Shown in pieces: positions 36,893-50,119 of a stretch of DNA of 64,000 nt (position 1 is the first letter of the stretch; each line of letters starts with the position of its first letter). The notes under the pieces are model-generated. The model was not told the origin of the DNA. It ran no database searches and saw only the letters and a program-made list of their open reading frames with translations. Position numbers and translations under genes: made by a program. The DNA is taken from the NCBI RefSeq assembly GCF_006345805.1, contig NC_042997.1, positions 61,814,001 through 61,878,000 on the forward strand, read 5' to 3'. This DNA comes from Octopus sinensis (taxonomy: Eukaryota).

Positions 36893-38349
36893 TAGATCTG
36901 CAGGGTATGAACTCTTGAACCATGAGCTGGTGGGATATTACCTTATTTTTCAGCCATGTTATCTGTATGTAATGAAAGGAAAAAAAAATTCTTTTGTTCC
37001 TTTAATTTGAATGAGAATTGATGTGGTGGTGGATTGGCAAGTAACATCACTGTTGTTGCAACTAAAGTAAACTAGTTTATAATTCTAAGGTTGACACATA
37101 ATGAGAAAGGGCTTCTGCATTGTTCACTTTGATGTTAGCAGTCCACTGCTTTTTTTTCTTTTTGTTTGTTTTTTTTGCAGGATTCCTTATATTTTCTCAT
37201 ATTGCTCTACAGAAGATGGTAAATGTCTTGACAAATTGCTTTTACAATTTTCTACTCTATTTTGCTGTTGTCATATTGTCAGGAAACAGGAAATACATGA
37301 ATTACTGTAAAAGTAGATTGACCAGTGTTTCTAGCGTTATGATATGAGAGAAGCACAGGGATCACTAGAAATCATGTTTTATTTGAAACTGAATTGAATT
37401 TAGAAGAAGGAAAAAAAAAGCTAATTTAAAAAAAATGCTAACATTCATATTTATGTTAATCAGTTGCAGTGAAATAGTTGATCTTTAGCATAACAAACTG
37501 ACATTATAAACCGAACATTAATTTTTAACATCTTGAGAATTCTCTCGGTGAAAAGCCCTGAAAATACCAAAAAATGTGCTTGTTTAATCAAATACTGACA
37601 GTGTATTTTCATATCAGACTCTGAAAATTGGCAGTATTGCAGAAAATAGTTGTTTTAGAGTAAGTAGTCATTTGTACTGAAAACAATGTTTTGGATATGT
37701 GTTTGTTAATTAGTTAGGATTAGTAGTAGTAGTAATAATAATAATAAAGATCAGACAGTTAAAAAAGATAAGATGTTTGTTAATTAAATGCAATTAATGA
37801 GACTTGGATATACAAACATCACAAATAAAAAAAGTCTTTTACCTGACATTTTTGTGGCTTCATTATGAAACTTACAGGTAACATTGGGTCATTTGGTGCA
37901 TTCTCTAAAATGAGCAATATGTTTTTTTTTGTTTTTTTTTTCTTTGAAAAAGCTATTTCTGTTCTACAGTAGGGCAAAAAATAAAACTATGTGAATTAGT
38001 TTTGGAAAAGATTCATGATCATCCAAAACCCACATTACAGGTAGCTTAAACATAGCATAATCCTTGGATTTTAGTGATAAACAAGTAATGGATTTAATCT
38101 CGGATAACTGGCAACATTTCTTCCAACAAGAAACATCAGATAGCTTTTGGAAACCTGGTGTTGATTTTTCTTCACTAGAAATACAAACCTTAGTAGCATG
38201 CAATGCACTTTTATAAAAGCTCTTCTTACATTATACACTTGTTCAGGTGTTTAGCTGAAGAAAATTTTCTTCAGCTCCTTAAGGTAGTTAATAAGCATCC
38301 TTTTTATCAGTATTGACAGCTTCACTGATAGTTTTGGATGTTAAACTCA

Positions 38350-38578
38350 TTAACCTTTTAGCATTTAAACTGGCCATATACAGCGCAAACATGCCTCCAG
38401 TTTTATGTTCAAACTGGCCAGATCTAGCCTCTCACACCTATCCTACAATGTCATTCTGAAAATAGGCAGTAACATCATTGAAGTTTTCAAAGCTATGAGA
38501 CAATACATAATTAATTCAAAGCAGTATGAATAAATAAGCTTTACATTTGACAGAGTAATATGAATGCTAAAGAGTTAA
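38350..38578. mobile_element. TTAA-flanked MITE (orientation B)
   Basis: TTAACCTTTTAGCATT...AATGCTAAAGAGTTAA. Confidence 0.75.
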
Positions 38579-40645
38579 CGTGCCTCGTAAATCTTTCAAA
38601 ACCTTTCATTGGCAAGAAAAGGCTTTGTATCACAAGTTGCACCTTATACTTTTTGCAAATTTTCATACAAAATTTAAACTTTTATTTCAGTTCCCATTGT
38701 GTTTTATCAGTGCATTATGTCATGTTTGATCATTGATCCAGGCTTGAGCCGGTCCATTTTATGTCTCATTTCAAATGAGGCATTTAATGACCTAAATTTT
38801 ATCTTACACCATCATTGTCATCGTCACAATGTCAACTTTTGTATGTTTGCATGGGTCATACACAATTTGAGACAGATTTTCTATGGCTTGCCTGTTGTCA
38901 GTTCTCACCAGTTTCTGGGCAAGTTAGTATTTTCCCATGGCCTAATATGTTTCTCATGGAAGATCGGAAACAAAGGACATTGCTTGTATAATGTTGTTGC
39001 TTGTTTACAACCATCACGATACCAAGACAAGAGTATGCATACACACGCACGTGGTGGATTTCTCTCAGCTTTCATTCACTAAATCCATTCACAGATTTTT
39101 GGTTGGCCTAGGACTTTAGAAGACACTTGCCCATGGTGCCATGCAGTGAGACTGAACCTGAAACCATGTGCATACTTCTTAAGTACACAGCTATTCATAT
39201 GCCCTCTCTGCTTACACACACACCCACACACACATAAAAACCACCTTATGGTATGATTTCTGCTTGAATTACAGTGAGAAAAGAATGATAGAGAGAGAAG
39301 TTTGTGATATTGGATGATGGCCAAGTAGGCTTCTTGGCCCAAGAAGCTGTAAACCAGTAATTTCAGAGTATTAATTTGTAGGGGAACTAAGTAGTGTTGA
39401 AGCTATCACTCTTTCATAACAGTGTGAGGAGGTGGCTAGATAGAATAGTGATGGTGGTGATGATAGTATAGTTTGTTTTAATAGATATCAGCTGTCCAAT
39501 TTCTGAATTCTCTTATCTTAGCCATTACTACTGCTTTCACCCTCCATTTGCTTTGGCTCCCTCCTCCCTACAACCCTCCTTCCAGTCTTTCTCCTGTGTG
39601 CTTAGCTTATTTTCTTTTTCAATCAGTTCCCAACACCTTTTCAACAGCACCTAGGTAATTACTCTGGTCTTTGCCCAAATATTTTCTAAATGATTTGATG
39701 TTTGGGCCACAGTCAAATCAAGAGAATCATTGTCAAAATAAAATAAAATGAGGCACAGTTGTCATTGCCATCATCATCATCATTATGATGTCTCCTTTAC
39801 ATGTTTACATGGGTTGAAATTGGTTGTCACAATTTGAGTCAGTTCTTTGTCACATGTCACTCAAAACACGTTATTTCTGGCATGATCTTTATGGCTGGAT
39901 ACCTTACTAACACCAAATGTTTTACAGATGGTTGGGAGTCCTTTTTATTTACTTTCAAACTCTGTATATTTCAAAGCCTTGTTTGAAATATACTGGATGA
40001 TGATGTTTAGTCCTAGGTCAACCATAAGCCAGTAGATCTATGATCAGAACCATTTCAGTTGTTATTCAGTTTCTTTTTCAAATAGTATATTCTATTATGT
40101 TAATGCATAATTTCATTCTCTTTTAAATGACGGTTTGATATGAGTTTGAGGAAGATTTTGTTACTATATCTATTAGGCTGTGACCACATAGAATCTCCCT
40201 TAATTGAATGAAATGGTAGATGTTTCACTGTTTCTAATGAACAACGATGTACTTCACTCTTTCACCAACACAAACCAGCTGCTTTGTGAAAATACTTCCT
40301 AAGCTATTTTACAGATTGATTAAATTTCTTAAGAGTTTTCATTTCCATTTCTGATCTAATTTAATTTCTATGAATCTAGTTTCTGTAAGTGCTGTACATA
40401 TAATAGTCATTGTCTGCATGTTATGCTTTCAGTCCCAGAAATGAGAGTATCTTGGGAAAGTGTGTGTGTGTGTATGTGAAAGTAATCTAGAAACCAAAAT
40501 AGAGGGAGTGAAATAGGAAATACAGTGATGAAAATTGAATATTTAACCAGTAGTGCACTTGAATGCTGATACACTGGGATACTTAAAGAAACAGATTATT
40601 TCTGATGTAAATATTAAATAAAATATATGAACCTAATTTAATAAA

Positions 40646-41535
40646 TGTGAGGTCTGATAAAAAATTATCAGAACTGTTGCTATGGTAACGAAGCTAAAGT
40701 ATTCAGAGTGAAGCTGCTTGGAGCAGATTGATCTTGAACTCTGTTGCACATGCACACATGCACTCTAAGTTATAATGTTCTTGCTCACTTCTGTTGTTTA
40801 TAGCAGTGTTTGGTAGTAGAGTGTATATAATGTGGTCATGGTACCGAGAAAATTGAGCCAAGAACCTGCATCAAATTTTGCTAAAGGCTTGGTGGTACCT
40901 GTGCAGACACCTTCGCAAAGTTTCAAAAAGTATATGATGAGGAATGTATGAGCAGGACATAAGTATGAATGGTTCAGATGTTTCCAAGGTGGTTGACAAA
41001 ATGTCAACAGTGAGGTACATGAGAGACCAGCAATCAGCAGGACGGATGAAAACATTGCAGATGTGCATGCAGCGGTTGGGAAAGACCATTCAATCACTGT
41101 GTGTGAATTGCCAGAGGATGGGAACATTAATTACTGTTCAGTTCAGTCTGTTTTCACTGAAGATCTGAATATGTGATGTGCATCTACCAAGTTTGTGCCC
41201 GAACTGCTTTCAATTGCAGCAGTTTTTGGCCATGCACAACATTCCCCAGGTCTTACAACCACCATATTCCCCAGATCTCACCCTTTGTGGCTTTTTTTCT
41301 CTTTCCAAAAATCAAATTCCACTTGAAAAGAACAAGATTTTTAAACATTGTGGAAATTTGAGTCAATGCAATGAGGCAGCTGCTTGCTATCTCAAAAAAG
41401 AAGTTCCAGAAATGCCTCTATCAAGTGAGTGGTTTAAGAAGGGGACTACTTTGGAGAAGATTAAATGCCAAATTGATATGTGTTGTACTTTTTTTTTATA
41501 ACACCAGTCTCAATACTTTTTGATCAGACCTCACA
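40646..41535 (+). mobile_element. Internally deleted mariner element with both TIRs
   Basis: TIRs TGTGAGGTCTGATAAAAA and TTTTGATCAGACCTCACA. HTH relic RTCIKFC*RLG...VYDEECMSRT..YEWFRCF and C-terminal PPYSPDL..C.FFLFPKIK. Confidence 0.9.
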
Positions 41536-42813
41536 TTAATTACCATTTTCTCTCCTTTCTTCCAGTCTTTCTCATCTTGTCTTCTTTGTTGTATCCCTCG
41601 ATAATCTTTTGATAGTATCTACCTAGATTTATTCTTAACAATCTCTTCTAAATAACTGAAAGACAAAACGTAGAAATTAGTAATAATAATCATTGTAAAA
41701 GAAAAATGTTAAACCAAGCTTCAAGTTAGTCCCGATAAAGCCTACCTACAGTTAAGGGCAACTTAAACTATGACCATCTCAACTTAGTTTTAAGTATAAT
41801 GTATTGAGGAATTGAGAACTATATTATCCTTGTTACATAGTCCCTTTAATTTTTTTTCCACTTTGCAACCATGTAGTTTTGGGACCAGTCCTATTGCATG
41901 GCACCTTGGGAAAAGAGATGATAGAATAAATACTAGACCTATGTACCTAGGTCAGTTTGTTTGACTAAACCATACAAAGTGGTCCTCAGCATGGCTGCTG
42001 TCCAAAAAAACCCAAAAAGGTGGTTGAATAAGAATCCATTAAGTGCAACAAAAGCAGTTTTAGTTTAAATATTATTTTATGGGTACAACATAACTGATTG
42101 AGTCCCAAGATACTTGGCATATTGGGCAAATATCTTTTATCATAATCTTAGGTTGACTCAGTCTTTGTGAATGAAGTTGGGCATATGGAAACTGTAGAAA
42201 CCTGTCAAATAGATTGTACATGTAATTTAAAGGTCTAACTTTGTCACACAGCACAGTATTGTACTGATTCTTGCTGAGGTTTATGGTTAAGATGCATATG
42301 TCTGGAATACACTGCCATTTACATGCTAACTCAATGATCAAGTAGTTCATTTGAAGGAACAGCTGAATATTTTCCTTTGAAACTGATCGAGATCCATTTA
42401 CTTTTATATATTTATAACCTACAACTCAGTTGGGTCAGTTTTCTGTATTGAGAGTATGGGTTGAAGTCCTGCTATAAGTATTTTTTTGTACCAATATAGT
42501 TGAACCATAGCAGAATAGTATTTTATATAATGTCTTCTAGTTTGATCTATACTTAATATTGTTTAATTCTTTGCGTAAAGATAAAACTAATACCTTGCAA
42601 GTTAGACGAAGTATAACCAAGAATATAATTTTCAAAGTTGTTTATTTCCAAGACTGCACCTTTATTATTATTTATGTGAACTTATAAGAAAAAATTTAAA
42701 ATATTTCAAGGGAACTAATGCATTAGAAGGATTTGTATAACCTTCCAATCTTATAGTTTTCAAAATCACTGTGAAATTTCCCTGGATACTATCAGTATAT
42801 ATTTGTGTATGTA

Positions 42814-42847
<34 letters not shown>

Positions 42848-42848
<1 letters not shown>

Positions 42849-45800
42849 CATCATCATCATCATCATTTAGCGTCCGTTTTCCATGCTAGCATGGGTTGGA
42901 CGGTTCTACTGGGGTCTGTGAAGCCAGAAGGCTTCATCAGGCCCAGTCAAATCTGGCAGTGTTTCTACGGCTGGATGCCCTTCCTAACGCCAACCACTCC
43001 GTGAGTGTAGTGGGTGCTTTTTACGTGCCACCCGCACTGGTGCCAGACAGAGCTGGCAAACGGCCACGAACGGATGGTGCTTTTTATGTGCCACCGCACG
43101 AGGGCCAGGCGAGGCTGGCAACGGACACGAAACGGGGCGGTGCTGGCAACGGTCGCGAAACGGAAAGTTCTCTTACATGCCACCGGCACTGGTAACACAT
43201 CTGCAATTTCCATTGATCGATTTCCATTGATCGATTTCGATTCTGATCCTCACTTGCCTCAATGGGTCTTCACAAGCAGAGTTTCGACATGCCACCGGCA
43301 CTGGTAGCACATCCGCAATTTCCATTGATCGATTTCGATTCTGATCCTCACTTGCCTCAACACGTCTTCACAAGTAGAGTTTTGTGTCCCAAGAAGGGAA
43401 GGTATGCATACGTAGGCTGGCTCCATCCCATGTAGAAGGCCACGGGTTGTGGACTCACTTGTCCTGCCGAGTCTTCTCGCGCACAGCACACTTCCAGAGG
43501 TCTCGGTCTCTAGTCATTTCCTCAGTGAGACCTAAAGTTCGAAGGTCGTGCTTCACCACCTCGTCCCAGGTTTTCCTGGGTCTGCCTCTTCCACAGGTTC
43601 CCTCAACCGCTAGGTGTGGCACTTTTTCACACAACTATCTTCATCCATTCTCGCCACATGACCATACCAGCGCAAACGTCTCTCTTGCACACCACAACTG
43701 ATGCTTCTTAGGTCCAGCTTTTCTCTCAAGGTACTTACACTCTGCCGAGTGTGAGTACCGGCATTACACATCCATCGGAGCATACTGGCTTCATTTCTAG
43801 CGAGCTTACGCATATCCTCAGCAGTCACGGCCCATGTTTCACTGCCATGTAGCATGGCTGTTCGTACACACGCATCATACAGTCTGCCTTTCACTCTGTG
43901 CGAGAGGCCTTTTGTCACCAGCAGAGGTAAGAGCTCTCTGAACTTTGCCCAAGCTATTCTTACTCTAGCAGTTACACTTTCAGCACACCCACCCCCGCTG
44001 CTGACTTGGTCACCTAGGTAACGGAAACTATCAACTATTTCTAGTTTTTCTCCCTGGAAAGTGACGGAAGTTGGTCTCAGAGCATTTTCAGTGTTTATTG
44101 TTCCTGAGCATCTGCCACATAAAAACCATCTTCCTAGTTAGCCTTCCTTTGACATTGCTGCATCTCTTATGTGTCCATAGCTTACACTTGGTGCATCTTA
44201 TAGAGTTTCTACCTACACCTTTTCTACAGATCGAGCAGGCCATCTACCTGAAGGTGTTTGTGATTTGTCTACCTTCCTACTGATTACGACTTTGGTTTTA
44301 GCTAGATTGACTCTGAGGCCCTTCGATTCTAATCCTTGTTTCCACACCTGAAACTTCTCCTCCAGTTCTGATAGCGACTCAGCAATTAGAGCAAGGTCAT
44401 CAGCATAGAGGAGCTCCCAAGGGCATCCTGTCTTGAATTCCTCCGTTATTGCCTGGAGGACTATGATAAATAGGAGGGGGCTGAGTACTGAGCCTTGGTG
44501 GACCCCTACCTCTACCCGGAATTCTTCACTGTACTCATTTCCAACCCTCACCCTACTAGCGGCGTCCCTATACATGGCCCGCACAGCTCTCACTAACCAT
44601 TCATCATCCCTAGTTTTCTCATTGCCCACCAGATAAGGGATCGGGGGACCCTGTCGAAGGCTTTCTCCATGTCAACAAAAGCCAGGTACAGGGGCTTATC
44701 TTTGGCTAGGTATTTCTCCTGCAGCTGCCTTACCAGGAATATAGCATCAGTAGTACTTTTCCCTGGCACAAACCCAAACTGCATCTCATCTAAACTAACT
44801 CTCTCTCTAATTAGTTGGGCTATGACCCTCTCCGTAACCTTCATCACCTGGTCCAACAGCTTGATACCTCTGTAGTTATTTGTATCTAGGGCATCACCTT
44901 TACCTTTGTAGCAGTTGACTATTATACTGCTACACCAGTCATTGGGTATGACCCCTTTGTGTATCACCTGATTAACTATATGGGTGACTAGGCTATAGCC
45001 GACACTACCAGACATTTTGAGCATCTCTGCAGTGATTCCTGATGGGCCTGGGGCTTTCCCTGTCTTCATGCTTCTAATTGCCTTAGCTACCACAGAACTA
45101 TCAACTCGGATAGCTGGTCCCTCTGTTGGGTCAACATTCGGCAGACTCTCTTTATCCCATTCATTTTCTTCATTCAGCAACCTTTCATAGTGGCATCTCC
45201 AAACCTCTCTCTTCGCATCCTCATTTAGCGCAAGTGAACCATCTTCCATGCGAACACACTTCTCTCCTACCACATCACGATTCTCTCTCAAACACTGTCT
45301 TGCAACACGAAACACCTCCAGTCTTTGGTCCTCACGGCGCAGAACATTGGCAAATTTTTTCTTATCTGCTTCCCCTCTGGCTAAATAAACCTGTCTCCTA
45401 GCTTCTCTTTTGGCAGTCTGATACAATTCCCTGCTACCCCCATTTTTCCAGACCTTCCAAGCCTGTCTCTTTTCTCTAATAGCCCTGTCTACAATATTGT
45501 TCCACCACCACGTTATTCTAGGTCGAGAGGGGACTTTGCACCAGCCACAGATCTGGTCAGTGGCTCTCAGCAGGTTGTCCCTTAGAAACGTCCAGCTGTC
45601 TTCTACCCCCTGTGATGCTCTATCCCCTTCTACTTCGTCAGAGGCTTCAAGTAATATGTCCCTAAATCTCTGTCCATTTGCAGGATCTTTAAGCTTCCAG
45701 ATCCTTCTTCTCCATATTTGTCGTCTTCTGGTTGTCCTCCTAGTCCTGATCCTAAAGTCACTAACTACCAGTCTATGTTGTGGGGTACATTCTTCACCTG

Positions 45801-46238
45801 GGAAGGTTTTGGCATTTATAAGCAGCCATCTCTCCCTTTGCCTTGTAAGGATGTAGTCAATTTGGCTGGTATGTTGGCCCGATTGGTAAGTGACTAGGTG
45901 GCTGGTAGGTTTCCTGAAGTTAGTGTTGCAAATCATAAGATTATTTGCATCGCAGAACTCCAGCAGCCTGGTTCCCTCCTCGTTGCGGGAGCCATAGCCA
46001 TAGCCTCCATGTACGCCATGGAAGCCCCCAGCATGTCGTCCAACGTGACCATTGAAGTCACCAGCCACAAAGATAAGGTCTCTGTCGTTCGCCAATGAGG
46101 TAGTCTGCAGTAGAGTGTCATAGAATCGGTCTTTCTGTCCATCGGGTAGCCCCGACTGAGGAGCATAGGCTGATATAATGGTTGCTAAACTATGATGAAG
46201 CACTAATCTAATCTTAAGTATTCTGTCACTTACTCTGA
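42848..46238 (-). mobile_element. Young RTE-clade LINE (APE endonuclease + RT + PHD-like finger), 5'-truncated, inserted in (TA)n
   Basis: APE motifs SAYAPQ, AGDFNGHVG, SQIDYIL, QHRLV. RT motifs NYRGIKLL, DMEKAFDRV, GVHQGSVLSP, YADDL, FRYLG. Stop at 43455-43457, then a 600-bp 3'UTR and (GAT)n tail, with TA repeats on both sides. Confidence 0.97.
43455..46238 (-). pseudogene. RTE ORF broken by four small frameshifts
   Basis: Segments join by shifts near 44605, 44239, 44121 and 43612. The corrected reading has no internal stop that I could see. Confidence 0.85.
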
Positions 46239-46283
46239 TTATATATATATATATATATATCTATCTATATATATATTTATATA

Positions 46284-46473
46284 GTGCAGGTGGCACGTAA
46301 AAAGCACCCACTACACTCACGGAGTGGTTGGCGTTAGGAAGGGCATCCAGCTGTAGAAACATTGCCAGATAAGACCGGAGCCTGGTGCAGCCTTCTGGCT
46401 TCCCAGATCCCCGGTCGAACCGTCCAACCCATGCTAGCATGGAGAACGGACGTTAAACGATGATGATAATGAT
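46284..46473 (+). mobile_element. Short RTE 3'-end copy, inverted relative to the adjacent LINE
   Basis: Reverse-complement match to about 42850-43038, ending GGACGTTAAACGATGATGAT, embedded in (TA)n. Confidence 0.9.
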
Positions 46474-47070
46474 ATATATATATATATATATATATCTATA
46501 TCTGTGTGTTAGTGGGTGTAGTCAAAGAGAATTTGGGAAGTCAAATTATTCTGAGATGCCATCTGCAAATAGTATCTGATATTTGGTTTTTTAATGATTA
46601 AAGGATTAAATATGCTATCATCTACTGAGCTATTATCATGTGTGTAGCATCTCAGATACACTACACTGTATAAACAAGTAGCCAATATTAAGTGTATCTG
46701 ATATTTTGAGTTGGTTTTATATGACATGTTAGGTGCAAGCAAAACAGTAGTCAAAAAGCTCTTGACAGCTGCATAGTTCTGAGTTCAATTTCATTGCATG
46801 GTGCGTTAGACAAGCATCTTTTATTGTAACTTAGGATTGATCCAGTCACTGTCTTGTAGGTGGAATTTGGTACACAGAAACTGTGGAAGCCTTTCATACA
46901 CATTTGAGTAAGCGTGTGTGTGTTGTGTGTGTATGTTTATGTTGAAACTGGCATTATTTATGTTGTGGTCCTTTGTGTCCTATAACTTTAGCACTTTGGC
47001 ATATAAGAATGATAAAATAAGTACCAAATAAAAAAGAAAAAATACTGAGTTGAAGGCTGCACTTGAACTC

Positions 47071-47275
47071 TTAACCCTTTAGCATTCAGCTTAGTCATAT
47101 GTAAATGCTTATTTATCCATCTTATTTTGAATTAATCCTGCATTGTCTTGTAGCTTCGAGCTTTCAGTGATGTGATTGTTTACTTTTAGAATGACATTGT
47201 AGGGTAGGTGTGAGAAGCCAGATCTAACCAATTTAAACATAAGACAAGTAGAATATTTAAATGCTAAAGGCTTAA
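47071..47275. mobile_element. TTAA-flanked MITE (orientation A)
   Basis: TTAACCCTTTAGCATTCAG...AATGCTAAAGGCTTAA. Confidence 0.75.
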
Positions 47276-49581
47276 ACAGTGTACCCTAGATTAAGTTGAA
47301 TGACTGAAACTAATAAGAGAAAGGATATTTTTGACGCCATTACTTGATTTGTTTCCATTTGTTGTTGTTGTGAAGCTTTATTATTAACAATTGTTTTTCC
47401 TTTTCTTTTTTTTTCTCTCCCCACCTAATATTGTTTCTATTATCACCATGGAGAATAACTTAGCTAGTGATTCTAAATGTGGTATTTTCCATCAGTAGCC
47501 TACATCTTTCTGTATAGCAATCTAGTTAAAATATGCAAAGCATATTTATGTAAACCAGGATATATATATGCACATATGGGTACAGGACGCCACTAACAGT
47601 GAGCAACACGAAATACAAAAACAAATAAGTTCAATACGCAAACAACGAGAGAAAAAAATGGAAAACAGGACAAGTTACATAAAGAACGACACTTCATTAG
47701 TTGTTGGTTGTCTATCTACTCCTCATTTCAAGCATTGAACAACAAATATATATATATTGATTTGTAATTGGATTTTTATTTCAAGATAAGTATTTCTGAA
47801 GCATTCTGAAGTATATGCACCTTAAAAATGTAGGCTGATACACAGTAACTATTTATTATTTGTATGTGTGGAGAGAGAAAGAAAAAATGTGTGTGTGTGT
47901 GTATCTGCGTGCCCAAAGTGAAGGCTATGGATATGTCATTGCAATCCAGTATAACCTGTTACATGGTTGTGTTATTTGTAACTTAACTAACACCTACCCT
48001 CAATAGACTGGCTTTGTAAGGAGGGTTGGCAGAAACTTAACAGTCCCACCCCCAAAAAACAAAACTGAAACAACCCCAGCCAGAGTATGGATTAACTCGG
48101 CATAGGGTCAGCAACTATCTAGTAATAGTGCATGTGGACATAAAATTACTTGTGGGGAATAAAGCATACTGTTGTAAAATCACTTTGGTAGTGAAGGATA
48201 TTTTTATGGTTAGTTCAGTTTCTGGCCCATTGCAACAAATGTTGGGCTACTGAGAGGAAAGTGAGCTGTTCTATGTGGCAAGTGAATGTAGTTCTGTGCA
48301 CATTTCACTACCATCATTTTAACTACTTTTCCATACTTGCATGGGTCAGATGGAATTTGTTTAGGTAGGTTTTCTACTGTTAGGGTTAATATAATCTTTT
48401 CTGTGCTTGTATGGCTCAGGTGGGATGCACTGAGGTGGAATTTCTACAGTTAGATGCTCTTGTTATCAACCGTTACCTGTCTCCATGTAAGGTAATGCCT
48501 GCACCTATAAGTATATAAGTTCTTGTTGTTGGGGGTTTTACAATATATTTAATGTTACACTCAGTATTGAGTTACTCCATCAGTAAATCTTCTATTGTTT
48601 TCTTAAAGTAGCTTTAAGATAAGTTTCAATTTAATATTTGTGTGTGCGTGCGTGTGTGTACTCACATGTATTTTGCTGATTGAAAACATCAGAGTGTTAT
48701 AAAATAGCTTTTCTGATTTATAGTTCTTGGCAAAATGCTGGTTGTTATTAAAACTGCTTTGTCAAAATGTTATTGCTTTGTAACTGACCAGGGGTTTTGT
48801 ATATGATCTTGGTGTTAAAACATCTGTTGCCTCTTACTATTTGTTAAACTTGTGCTTAGATAAAAACAAGTCAGTTTTCTACCATTGCTTTACTGTACCT
48901 GCTTGTAAGCATGTTTTACATGTATAGATGCATACATATTAGACAAAAACTAAGTAAAGTTTTTTAAAAGAAAATGAGTGTGTATTTTGTCAGTTTGCTT
49001 GCCTCAAAGTGGATGAGTGAAGTAAGCAAACAGTTGCAAACTTGACATGCTGTAATACATTTCATGGTGTCCTGTGTGATGCACGATCTGTAAATTAGTG
49101 TTTGCTACTTACAAATGTAAGTTTTGAGTGACATTGTTGTTTTAATTGTTGTTATTTATTTTAGTAAGTGGTTATTTTTACAGCTGAGTTTATATCCTGT
49201 TTCTAATAATTCACTTGTGAAGTTGGGAATTGAATTAAAATTTCTAGTCATTAGATGAGTTAAGCCATGCAGCTTTCAGATTATATTTACAAAAAGTAAT
49301 GTAGTCCTGTGTAAAGCTTTGTTAAACAATTAGAATTTTGCCATTGTAATTATAATGATTGGTAAGCATTTGATAGGCGGAAACTACTTCATAGTTTTGC
49401 TTATTTCTGCTTATAAGGCATGTTTCAATCTTTGTGATTTTGAAGCTTATAAAAACATGTAGCACATTTTTCTCTGGATAATTTAATATGAAAAGAACAG
49501 TACTCAAAGCTTTGTCACTTTTTGGTAGGAGCTAAGAATAGTTAGTCCACTCTTTTGTTACTAATTTCTGTTGAAATATGC

Positions 49582-50119
49582 TTAACCCTTTAGCATTCAG
49601 ATTACTCTGTCAAATGTATTTATTCACATTGCTTTGAATTAATTATACATTATCTGATAGGTTCAAAATTGTGATGATGAGACTGGATATTTTTAGAAGG
49701 ACATTGTAGGGTGAGTGTAAGAGACCAGATCTGGCTGGTTTGAGTATAAAACTGGTAGATTATATAGGCCAGATATGGCCAGTTTGAATGCTAAAGGGTT
49801 AAATTAATTTTGAAAATAATGAATTTAGTAAAATAACTTTGACATTATTAATTTAGTGTTTAGAACTTAGCATGTCATTGTAATGGAAAGTGTAAACCCT
49901 TTAGTATTCAGATTATTCTGCCAAATGTAATACTTATTAATTCATATAGTTCTGAATTAATCAAGCATTATGTTGCTGCTTTGAGATTTTGATGATGTGA
50001 TTGTTCATGTTTAAAATGACATTATAGGGTAGATGGGAGAGGCCAGATCTGGCCAGATTGAACACAAAACATGGGAATAATTTGGCTGGATGTGGCTGGT
50101 TTAAATGCTAAAGGGTTTA
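49582..50119. mobile_element. Two same-orientation TTAA MITEs (49582-49802 and 49893-50119) nested in a second MITE family
   Basis: Both have CCCTTTAG..ATT / AATGCTAAAGGG ends. The intervening and flanking GAATTTAGTAAAATAACTTT sequence matches the family at about 34950-35175 and 21327-21550. Confidence 0.75.
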
